Assembly: GCF_006345805.1 (NCBI RefSeq)
Contig: NC_043002.1
Location: 80,166,001-80,230,000, forward strand
DNA from: Octopus sinensis
Lineage: Eukaryota
Length of the DNA: 64,000 nt
Direction of reading: 5' to 3'
The translations under genes and the position numbers were made by a program. Within the stretch, counting starts at the first letter, position 1, and each line of letters starts with the position of its first letter. Positions 27,419-38,045 of the stretch are shown in pieces. The notes beneath the pieces are model-generated. The model made no database searches, had not been told where the DNA came from, and saw only the letters and a program-made list of their open reading frames with translations.

Positions 27419-27730
27419 GTGGAGGCGCAATGACCTAGTGGTTAGGGCAGCGGACTCGCGGTCGTAGGATCGCGGTTTCGATTCCCAGACCGGGCGTTGT
27501 GAGTGTTTATTGAGCGAAAACACCTAAAGCTCCACGAGGCTCCGGCAGGGGGTGGTGGCGATCCCTGCTGTACTCTTTCGCCACAACTTTCTCTCACTCT
27601 TTCTTCTGTTGGCCTGCTTGCTTAGCCAGCGGGGTGGCATCATTTGAAGGCTAAAACAATGCGAAACGCATTGTGACCAGCGATGTGTAACAACATCTGA
27701 TGGCCTGGTCAGTCACGGTGATCACGGTGA
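27419..27730 (+). mobile_element. tRNA-derived SINE, family C head with a tail shared with the 37576 element
   Basis: Head gtggaggcgcaatgacctagtggttagggcagcgg...gtttcgattccc matches 55998 and 57640(-); tail ggtggcatcatttgaaggct...aacatctgat matches 37775-37860. Confidence 0.85.
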
Positions 27731-27826
27731 TATATATACATACAGACACACACATAAACGCACACATATCCACCCACAGGGACACTGACACACACACACA
27801 CATACATACATACATACATACATACA

Positions 27827-29165
27827 TTTTTTTTATGGCTGCCCCCTCGTTATCGAGTATGGCCATTGCACGAAGCTTAACTGTTACCGGTGCTGTGATC
27901 GAATGTGACTTTTTAGCCCAGCTAAAGATCTACAATGTCTTGTACAACATTGGCAACTAAAACCTTTACTGGTAATAGCCGGCTGTAGTTGTAACTGGAC
28001 TTCATGTACCTTTGCACGTCGTTTAAGTCCTCCTGCCGAATTACACTCTCTTCCACATGCCCGACAGATATGATTAGTATGGTGTGTTACACCACCACCA
28101 GTGGCCAGGTTGCCACTCATCCGTCTCGTTTTATGACAACGAAGATGACTCATGAGTCCAGCTTTACTGAGGCAGGGTCTTGCACAGAGATTGCATGTCA
28201 GAATCAAAGGAAGACCCTTCCCTTCTGGAAGTGTAACAGCGATGCCCTTCCTGACATCCCTCCTTACTTTCTCATGTGCAACTCGAGATTTCTCAAACGT
28301 GGCTGTCCCCTCATGCACAATCCTTCTCCACCTGCTACGATCAATAGCTATGCCTTCCCATGTGTCAGGAGAGATGCAAGCATCTCTTAAGGAAGCCTTC
28401 AGCAAGTCCTTATACCTCTTTTTTGGTTTATGTGGAGGTCGTTCTCCTTTAGCTAACTCTCCATAAAAGAGTTGTTTTGGCATCCTTGAATCCTTCATTT
28501 TTACCAGATGACCACTCCATCTGAGCCTTTGCTTTAACACAAGAGCTTCTATACTTTCACACCGAGAGTCTTCGAGTATTTCAAGATCACTGATGCGGTC
28601 CTTCCACTTAATGCTATAGATCAGTCTGAGGCACATCTGATGGAAACGTTCCAGATATTTAAGATGGTATCGATATATGACCCACGTCTCGCAGGATTAG
28701 AGAAGAGAAGGGAGCACACATGCCTTGTACACCTTTATCTTTGTCTTTCTGCATATGTCTCGCCGACTCCAGAGGCGCTTTTCTAGCCTTCCGAAAGCAA
28801 CACTTGCTTTCCTAATTCTATATGGAACTTCATCATCCACATTGCCATATCTATTAATAGTGCTTCCCAGGTAGACAAACTGATCGACTACATCAAGTCG
28901 TTTACCATTCACATAGATATTTGGTACACTATACTGCTTATCAGGGGCAGGTTGATGCATGACAACAGTTTTCTAGAAATTGACTGTCAATCCTAAGGCA
29001 GTGCAAGCATCAGAGAATGCATTCAAAATGTGTTGCATATCAATCTCTGTGTGTGCTACTAGCTCACAATCATCAGCATACAAAAGGTCTCTTATGATAG
29101 AGGTAAATATCTTTGTTTTTGCAGCAATGCGCCTGATATTAAATATACTGCCAGAGGTTCGATAC
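27827..29165 (-). mobile_element. RTE-clade LINE, 5'-truncated, with short poly(A) end
   Basis: LLYADD RT motif (28973-29203), YLGS and AFGRL-KRLW (28697-28960), RLRWSGHLVKM...RMPKQLFYGEL (27884-28636); T-run at 27827-27834. Confidence 0.95.
27884..29165 (-). pseudogene. Frameshifted RTE ORF2: reverse transcriptase C-terminal half plus three C2H2 zinc fingers
   Basis: Three consecutive ORF-track fragments; fingers CNLC-x12-HLRCH, CRAC-x12-RAKVH (first His lost) and CQCC-x12-HIRSQH. Confidence 0.9.
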
Positions 29166-29552
29166 ATACATACATACATACTTACATACATACATACATA
29201 CATGCATACGTGCGTATGTATGTATTTATGTACGCATGCATATATAGGTCTGTATACGAATCGATGTATTCATACACATCCCACCCACACGTGTATTTTT
29301 GACATAAATGGTATATAAATTGCCGTACATAATACACTAGAAAAGCTCGACATGTTTCAAACCAGAGAATCTAGGAGTTAGTTTCTATATACTAATGTTA
29401 AGGGTTCTTTGTTTAAAAAGAAAATTACACGGAAGAAAATTCAAACCAATAAATATATATGGATAGAATATATTATTCCTTTCATTGCACTAACGAAAAA
29501 TTTTAAGTGAAATATGATTTCCCTGCGTTACGTACTTCTCCTTTTTCCTTAG

Positions 29553-29641
29553 AGCAGAACAACAAATTAACCGAAAAAATACAATCACAAAAAATCCAGT
29601 CAATTTGCAAAAGCACCGGTCACAGATCGCAGCCGAAATGT
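29553..29641 (+). CDS. Candidate internal exon (two open frames: AEQQINRKNTITKNPVNLQKHRSQIAAEM or QNNKLTEKIQSQKIQSICKSTGHRSQPKC)
   Basis: Very strong acttctcctttttccttag acceptor and GTATGT donor at 29642. No homology recognised. Confidence 0.2.
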
Positions 29642-29824
29642 GTATGTACGTAAATGTATAAGGAAGAAGACATCACAGGAGATGAAATAAAAATTCTACT
29701 TCCCAAAACTGCAAAGCGCTTGCTTTTTGACTGCTCTTCTAAGTATACAGAAAAAGAAACGGCATAAGATACATTAGCGGGGAAGGTATACATGGAGTTG
29801 CTCTCAAAATTTCAACCTATATAC

Positions 29825-30470
29825 GGCGGTGTGTTGGCAGAATTGTTAGCACGTCGGGCAATACGTGGTTTTTCGTCCGTCTTTGTGTTCTTATTTTTTA
29901 TTTCTTTACTACCCACAAGAGGCTAAACACAAATAGGACAAACAAGGACAGACAAACGGATTAAGTCGATTATATCGACCCCAGTGCGTAACTGGTACTT
30001 AATTTACCGACCCCGAAAGGATGAAAGGCAAAGTCGACCTCGGCGGAATTTGAACTCAGAACGTAGCGGTAGACGAAATACCTATTTCTTTACTACCCAC
30101 AAGGGGCTAAACACAGAGGAGACAGACAAGGACAGACAGACGGATTAAGTCGATTATATCGACCCCAGTGCGTAACTGGTACTTATTTAATCGACCCCAA
30201 AAGGATCAAAGGCAAAGTCGACCTCGGCGGAATTTGAACTCAGAACGTAACGGCAGATGAAATACTTCTGAATATTTCACCCGACGTGCTAACGATTTTT
30301 CCAGCTCGCTGTCTTTGCGTTCTGTATGCAAATTCCTCCGAGGTTTGTTTGACTTTGCCTCTCATTCTTTCGGGGTCAATAAAATAAGCACAAATGGAGC
30401 GCTTGAGATGATGTAATTGACTTAATTCATACCCCAAAATTAATGGCTTTGTGCCAAAATTCCAACTTAT
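29825..30470 (+). mobile_element. Old SINE family B copy interrupted by a younger family B dimer
   Basis: Head at 29825-29891, body resumes at 30311; 13-bp duplication gtctttg(t/c)gttct at 29879 and 30311. Confidence 0.75.
29892..30310 (-). mobile_element. SINE family B dimer (nested insertion)
   Basis: Two ~185-bp units, junction at 30081/30082, head with A-box at the right end. Confidence 0.92.
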
Positions 30471-31116
30471 TCGCACATATCAAATTATGTTTACGACTTG
30501 CTTTCTCTCCGTCTCTCTCATTCGTTCTCTCTCCGTTTCTTTCTTCTTTTCTCTCTATCTCTGTCTCTCACATTAAAATTACTGGCGAATTATAATCAAA
30601 GACAGCAACCTACACTTACTTTCATTATACACCTTCCTTTTCTCTACTTCTTACTGCACTGTAATGTTTAGTACAACTTAGATACCTGACCATGTAGTAG
30701 TGATGAAACCCAGCTCGGTAGAAATATCAAATGTATACGAATGTCAGGAACTATATGATAAAAAGAAGACAATTTAAACAAATAAATGTAAAATGATAAT
30801 ATATGTTACATCTTTCACTTCACGAACGATAATTGAAAAATTAAAAATATAAACTAATAGCAAGACAATTCGATCCATTTACTTCAGTAGTAATCTATTT
30901 ATGCATAAACACAATAAATACAATGGTGAAACGGACGTAGGTAACAAATAATATAAACTGCATCTTGTGTTTACCATACTTTTCTTATACGGAAAAAAAA
31001 CACTAACACTAACACAAACACACATACTCGAATACAGACGCACGCACATACATAAATGTTATATAATATTTCATAAAGTTTTAATATAAAATTCAAGTGT
31101 TTCAAATATAAACATG

Positions 31117-31159
<43 letters not shown>

Positions 31160-31203
31160 TATACACACACGCATACACACACACATATATGTATACATGT
31201 ATA

Positions 31204-32449
31204 TGTCTGAATTTTGAATAAAGAAAACAAGCGATCAAATGTTATATTTAATTGAAATTTAATCATCAATGTACTTTCCCTGATTATCTATGACTTCCTT
31301 CCATCTATTTACAAGCTTTTTAATCCCATCAATGTAAAATTCTTTTGGTTTCAAAGCGAAGAACTCTGAAATGTCAGTTTCGACCTCCTCCAGGCTTGCG
31401 AAAGTTATGTCCCCCAAATAATTCTGTAAACTACGAAACTTAAGGAGCAAGGTCGGGAGAATAAGTTGGATGAGGAATTTTCCCAACCAAGCTCTTCGAT
31501 CTTCTGTGATGTGATCTTTGCAATGTGGGGTCGAGCATTGTCCTGATGAAGCATCATTCCTTTTCGATTCACTAAAGCGGGTCCATTTTTCTTCAAAGCT
31601 TGGTTCAAACGCTCTAATTGCTGACAGTAGACTTGAGTTTTGATTGTTGCATTAGGTGGTAACAATTCAAGGTGAATTACTCCTTTGCAATCCCACCAGT
31701 TGGAGAGAAGAACTTTTTCCCCATGAAGTTCCCTTTTAGGTTGTGGTTGATTTATTTCCCTTTTATCAAGCCACTGTTTACGGCATTTAACATTTCGATA
31801 GAAGATCCATTTTTCTCCACCAGTCACAAGTCTATCCAAAAAGAGTAAAATGAGTTTGCGAGAATGGAGAGAAGAGCAGGTGTCAACTTGGGATTTACGG
31901 TTGCTTTCGGACAATTCACGAGGCATCCATTTTCCAAGTTTAGGAACCTTTCCAAGATGTTGAAGATGACGACGAACAGTTGTATGGTTTGAAGTAAGCT
32001 TTATTGCCAATTCTTCAACTGATAATGCAGGATTATCTTCAAGTATTGCTTCAAGGGGCTTATCATGAAACTCAACTGGACGTCCTGTTCGATCTTCATC
32101 TTTTAGGCTGAAACATCCACTTCTGAATTTTGAAAACCATCTTCTGCAAGTTCTTTCATTCACGCATTCCTTCCCATAAACTAAGTATATGTTTCGAGTC
32201 GCTTCGGCTGCAGAGTTTCCTTTTTTGCAATCATAAAGCAGTATGTACCTTAAAAGCTCTTTGGATATTTCAATGTTAGAAATGGTTTTACTCAAAGAAA
32301 TTTTAATTCTATTATTCTGTAAAATAATATTTAATTAGTTTAAATGTACACAAATGCATAAGAATAATTTTAAATTCCATTAGACATTCTAAAATACTAT
32401 TAATTTCATTCAATGTTAAAAAGGTCAAAAACGGACAGATGACCTGATA
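31204..32449 (-). mobile_element. Mariner DNA transposon, inactive, TIRs partly deleted
   Basis: Transposase remnant; right end acggacagatgacctga-TA; left end retains only tgtctgaatttt. Confidence 0.93.
31259..32295 (-). pseudogene. Mariner transposase pseudogene
   Basis: HTH region, WMPRELS (WVPHEL), VTGGEKW (first catalytic D changed to G), HQDNARPH, YSPDLAP followed by frameshift/stop and loss of the third D, C-terminal GIKKLVNRWKEVIDNQGKYIDD. Confidence 0.93.
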
Positions 32450-32778
32450 TATACGTACATAAATATATATACACTTATATACATATAAGTATATATATGT
32501 ATATACGTATACACACATATATACATTTATATACATATACATATATATATATATGTATATATACGTATATACATATATATGCGCACATATGAGCCTATAC
32601 TTTATCATACAGTGAGGTTATAATTAGATTCAAACGAAATGTACTTAATCAGCTTTAACCTAAAAACCTTCTGCTCAATAGAAAAAATTCATAATTTGAG
32701 TTGCTATATATTGAACAAATTGTAATCAAACCGAAGACGACATGACAATACACACATATATATCAAACTCTATATGAT

Positions 32779-32813
<35 letters not shown>

Positions 32814-33323
32814 CACACGCACACGCGCACATATGCATATATATATGCACATATATGTAAATGTGTATGTATGTCAATGAGTGTTCATGTGTACACTTAC
32901 TTTGGACGCCATCATGTATGTACGTGTGTCTGTGTATGTGAGAGTGTGTGTCTGTGTGTGTGTGTGTGTGCGATTATCTGTGAGTGTTTGTGTTTCTAAG
33001 GTATTGCTCACTCTCACGCCCATTCGTTGTATTATCAAGTATAATATGCCGATTCTATGCTTGTACTTAATGTATACAAGAGTCATATGTGTGCGCATTA
33101 TGGCACAGACGCACGTACACCCATAGACGCACTTGGGTATTATTCATAGATTTCAGTACATTATCAGAAACAGAACGATATATTGATGTTTACTGGTTTG
33201 TGCGTATGACTGAGAGTGTGAGAGGAAAACTATGCATGCATGTACAAAGGATGTGTGTGTGTGGATGTTTCCTTGTGTGTGCATGTGTGTGTACATATGT
33301 AGACATATGTACACACTCACCCG

Positions 33324-33355
<32 letters not shown>

Positions 33356-33442
33356 TAATTATCAATGTACGCATTCATACGGATACGGAGGATTCTCTGT
33401 GGGATCTGTATGCTTTATATCTATATATACATATGTATACAT

Positions 33443-33479
<37 letters not shown>

Positions 33480-33714
33480 CATAAATACATATATTCATAT
33501 ATATGCATACACGTATATGTGTATCAGTGTGTCTCTGTGTGTGTATGTGCGTATATATTACACACACACACACACACTCATACACACACATATATACATA
33601 CATACATAAATACTCACACATTGAGACACTCACATACATATGTGTGTGTATAGTCACTTTAATCTAAGTTTATCTCAAATGCAAGTTCATATTTTACTTT
33701 TTTACTGTAATTTT

Positions 33715-33837
33715 TGCTTTTTATTATTGCTTTATTATCATCATCATCATCATTATTATTATTACTATTTTTATTATTATTATTATTATTATCATTATTA
33801 TTATTATTATTATTACTACTACTACTACTATTATTAA

Positions 33838-33930
<93 letters not shown>

Positions 33931-33945
33931 TATTATTATTCATTT
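33715..33945. repeat. Compound (TTA)n/(ATC)n/(ACT)n microsatellite
   Basis: Direct reading. Confidence 0.95.
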
Positions 33946-34394
33946 ATTTATTTATTTATTTATTTTTTTAGTAAATGAATTGCTTTTATCGTCAATGAGT
34001 TGGGCGTCAGAAGTGATCAGCGTTTACGATATTGATTTTCTGTGTACTGAAAACATTAGGAAAGCTTCCAAGTCTTTCTATATATTATCTGAAATCAAAT
34101 CGATGTTTGGGACAGTAATTAGTTTAGTTGTGAAACATCCCGGCCACACAGAGTCCGCTGAATGGGTTGTTTGTGTATGGTGTACCATTCGGGACATAAT
34201 TACATAACGCGATTTCTTTTGACTTGTTAACAACTTTCATTTTCGTACTCGTTTCCCTTACGTTTTTCGAAAAAGAAAAAAAACAAAACAGAAATGTTCT
34301 TGTTTTCGGCGATGTTAGTGGGGATGAGTGATGACAGGACGACGACGACAACGATGATCATAATGATGACAAGACAACGACGTTGTTGATAATA

Positions 34395-34960
34395 GTTCTT
34401 TCTACTATAGGCACAAGCCTGAAATTTGGGGGAGGGGCATAGTTGATGACATCGACCTCAGTGCGTAACTGGTACTTAATTTATCGACCCTGAAAGGACG
34501 AAATTCAAAGTGGATCTCGGCGGAATTTGAACTCAGAATGTAGCAGCAGACGAAATACCTATTTCTTTACTACCCACAAGCGGCTAAACACAGAGAGGAC
34601 AAACAAGGACAGACAAACGGATAAAGTCGATTATATCAACCCCAGTGCGTAACTGGTACTTATTTAATCGCCTTCAAAAGGATGAAAGGCAAAGTCGACC
34701 TCAGCGAAATTTGAACTCGTAAAGGCAGAAAAATAGCTATTTCTTTACTACCCACAAGGGGATAAACACAGAGAAGACAAACAAGGATAGACAAACGCAT
34801 TAAGTCGATTATATCGACCCCGGTGCATCACTGGTACTTAATTTATCGACCCCGAAAGAATGAAAGGCAAAGTCGACCTCGGCGTAACTTGAACTCAGAA
34901 CGTAACGGCAGACGAAATACGGCTACGCACTTCGCCCAGCGTGCTAACGTTTCTGCCACT
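34395..34960 (-). mobile_element. SINE family B trimer
   Basis: Three bodies; junctions at 34558/34559 and about 34736; complete head (aggcggcgaagtggcagaaacgttagc) only on the right-most unit. Confidence 0.92.
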
Positions 34961-36454
34961 TCGCCGCCTGTTGATAATAATGACAGCACCGACGACGACT
35001 ATGATGATGATGGTGATGTTGACGACGGTGCCGATGATTACGGCGATAACGACAACGTCGACGTTGATGAGGGCGATGATATTGAAAATGATGACAGTGA
35101 TTGAAGTTGCTTTAATGGTGGTAGTCTTATTTTTGTTGATTATAATGATGATTATGATGATTATTTTTAACCCAAGGGTCAGCCTTCTTTGAGCAAGCCC
35201 GTGATCAGAAGCCTTTTAACGATGTCTAAACCCTCTTTTATTCAAGCACAGTAAGTCTTAACTTTTTCAGTTATAATGATATACGGAAGAGTTGGCTTCT
35301 ATTTCTAGTTGATGGAGCGACCACTTACTGGCTCCATTTGTGGTTTAGCTCCTGATCAGCTGTAATCGAGTAGCCTTCTATGCAAAATTGTTTCAGTCAG
35401 GACCACCACGTGTTAATTTCATACACAATATTTGTAGAACCACATTATCCAGTTGTTTAAGCAGCCGTTCCTGTTGCTGCTGCTGCTGCTGCTGTTTTCG
35501 TTGTCGTTGTTATTGCTGCTGTTTAAAGTTGTTCCAATCGAGACTATCGCATCTTCTTTCCCGATATAACATGTATAAGTCTAAATTAACCGATATGTAT
35601 CTCCTATATCTAAGAGGGCAGTGTGAAATTTGAGTTGATATCTAGCTGCTTTTTCTAGCAAATTGAATGGCCTCTTTCACCGAAGCTCACTTCTCTAATC
35701 GTTGGCCGCTTTGTAGCACGACATAAAAAAAGTTTTAAAAATAGGGAAGTGTTAGACTGACAATGGATTCAGACAAACTGTAAATGGTAAATGGACAGAA
35801 CCAAATGTCACAGTTTGCGTTTAGTTACCAGGATTTTTTTTTCTTTCCATTATATAAGGAACTTAACGAAGTTTCATTAAAGGCGTTTTCGTGTTTACTA
35901 ATCTGATTACTTTATGTTGTGGTTCTCCTGTGATGTCATCAGTGCTGCTCCAATCCATATGCACTCAAAGACTTTACAGCGGTGACCGTACCGTCGAGTG
36001 TATCAAGAATTAGATATGATCACCTTGTGTATCTTTTCTTTCCTAATTTGGTAGATGTAAATTGGTTGTTATTTCTAGCTGCACTAATTACCTCATAGGG
36101 GCTACCTCGTTAACTGGCCGTCTTCTCAAATGAAGTGGTTGGCATCTCGTTTTCTTAGTGTCTTCTTCCCTTTCTAATATTCGTTTTTATTCTATGATAT
36201 CTAACTAGATTTAAAGAAAGAAGCTGGGGCGGAATTGACATTATTGATGTAATGAAGTAAGGGACATGCGATTCCAAAGATCCAGTGCTAATAATAAATT
36301 ATTCTATTTCGCATAATTTCGTTATTAACCGTGAGAGTCACCATCTTCAATGTTATCGCCGTTTAAAGTAGAAATATTTGTGGGGTGGTCTCGGCTGGCG
36401 TTTCTTTGAGGATAGGTCTGTTCAATGATGTCAGATGTAAGCTTAAAAACAACA

Positions 36455-36600
36455 ATATATATATTTCTTTATTGCCCACAAGGGGCTAAACATAGAGGGG
36501 ACAAACAAGGACAGACAAAGGAATTAAGTCGATTACATCGACCCCAGTGCGCAACTGGTACTTAATTTATCGACCCCGAAAGGATGCAAGGCAAAGTAAT
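36455..36600 (-). mobile_element. SINE family B partial copy (5'-truncated)
   Basis: tttctttattgcccacaaggggctaaac...atcgaccccgaaaggatg. Confidence 0.85.
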
Positions 36601-36997
36601 CCTATCCGGCTAGATGTTTGTAGCACGCAGCAGGAATTAGACACACTTGATATATTAATGAAACAAGTGGTGCAGAGTTCGAGTTAGTGTGTAAACAGAA
36701 ACTGATATAAATTAATCGATGTAAAGATGTAACAGTTTATTAAATGCTTGTAAAAAAACAGAATGAGATCCTGCACACATTGGTTAATATTACAGAACAC
36801 GACTCACAGATATACGTAACAAGAATGAAAAGTTCTCAAACAAATATATTCAACCGGCTTACATATCTCTCACTTCTTATCTATCTATCTATCTACCCCC
36901 CCCCTATCTATCTCTCCATATATATATATAAATATATACATGCATACATACATATATATATATGTATATTATGCATATATATAAAATATATATTTAT

Positions 36998-37183
36998 ATA
37001 ATTCTATATTTAAGAGATGAGGAATTATGTACATTATTTACATTATTCACATTATTTATATTTGACGGATATTTGTCCTCATCTTGTTTGTTGTTAACAC
37101 AACGTTTCGGCTGATATACCCTCCAGCCTTCATCAGGTGTCTTGGAGAAATTTTGAACCTGGTTTCTCATTCCTAATGTGTTT

Positions 37184-37224
<41 letters not shown>

Positions 37225-37299
37225 ATGAAGGTCACTGCCTGGAATCGAACTCGGAATCTTGGGGTTAGTAGCCCGCGCTCTTACACACCACACCATATG
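36998..37299 (-). mobile_element. tRNA-headed SINE-like element with (AAC)n linker and Penelope-type hammerhead-bearing tail
   Basis: Degenerate A-box near 37296-37285, B-box GAGTTCGATTCC at 37252-37241, (AAC)n at 37185-37224, hammerhead motif at 37141-37096. Confidence 0.8.
37096..37141 (-). ncRNA. Minimal type I hammerhead ribozyme motif (Penelope-type)
   Basis: GACAC-CUGAUGA-A-GGCUGG(AGGGUAUA)UCAGCC-GAAAC-GUU/GUGUU. Stem I 5 bp, stem II 6 bp, stem III only the palindrome ACGU; one extra A after A9. Activity untested. Confidence 0.75.
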
Positions 37300-37323
37300 A
37301 ACCCAGGTTCAAAATTTCCCCAA

Positions 37324-37369
37324 TACACCTGATGAAGGCTGGAGGGTGTATCAGCCGAAACGTTGTGTT
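37324..37369 (+). ncRNA. Second copy of the hammerhead motif, opposite strand
   Basis: UACAC-CUGAUGA-A-GGCUGG(AGGGUGUA)UCAGCC-GAAAC-GUU/GUGUU; stem I 4 bp. Confidence 0.7.
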
Positions 37370-37459
37370 AACAACAAACAAGATGACCAATATCCGTCAA
37401 ATATAACGTAAATATTTAATATATATACATATATTTATATATCCATATGTATATGTACA

Positions 37460-37505
<46 letters not shown>

Positions 37506-37575
37506 CAGCAGAAATATAACAAAAGCTGTTACTCAGAGTTCTGCGCGCGTGAATGTGTGTGCGTGCATGTGTGGA

Positions 37576-37870
37576 TGAAGGCGTGTGGCCTAGTAGTCAG
37601 GGCATTGCACTCACTATCACTAGCTCATGGGTTCAATTTCCTGGCCGGACGGCGCGTTGTGTTCTGGAGCACATTACTTTATTTCACGTTATTTCATTTC
37701 ACTCAGTTATAAAAAGATAACCATGTGACAGAATGGCCATGCAATAAATTAGAAAGTCGGCCAACCCGCCTCGCTATCGAGGTGGTGTCATTTGAAAACT
37801 GAAGCAATACAGTGCACATTCTGACCAGTGACGTATAAAAACATCTGATAATCTGGTCGATACCGTGGTA
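37576..37870 (+). mobile_element. Diverged SINE: family F head with the tail shared with the 27419 element
   Basis: gaaggcgtgtggcctagtagt...gggttcaattt head; ggtggtgtcatttgaaaact...aacatctgat tail. Confidence 0.7.
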
Positions 37871-37893
37871 TACATATACATATATATATATAT

Positions 37894-38045
37894 AAAATAA
37901 ACAACAAGGATATCCAGAGGTAATACAGTACCATCGTTTCATGCAACTCAGTTTAATTGAACAATGCAGCCATTACATCAATTTAAATGGAGTTGCATGA
38001 AACGATCGTAGTGCATTACCTGTGGATATCCTTGCTGCTTATTTT
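37894..38045. repeat. Imperfect foldback (56-bp arms); a solo arm recurs at about 61057-61130
   Basis: aaaataaacaacaaggatatcc...gtttcatgcaactc versus gagttgcatgaaac...ggatatccttgctgcttatttt. Confidence 0.85.

Noticed and set aside
27419-27495. tRNA-like heads here and at 9265, 37226-37299, 46960, 54656 and 55998 as real tRNA genes
   Set aside because: Acceptor and T stems do not pair properly, and each continues into a multi-copy SINE body.
35941-35990. CCSNPY motif (nAChR loop C-like) and a CTGATGA on the minus strand
   Set aside because: Short chance matches: stop four codons upstream, and no GAAA or stems for a hammerhead.
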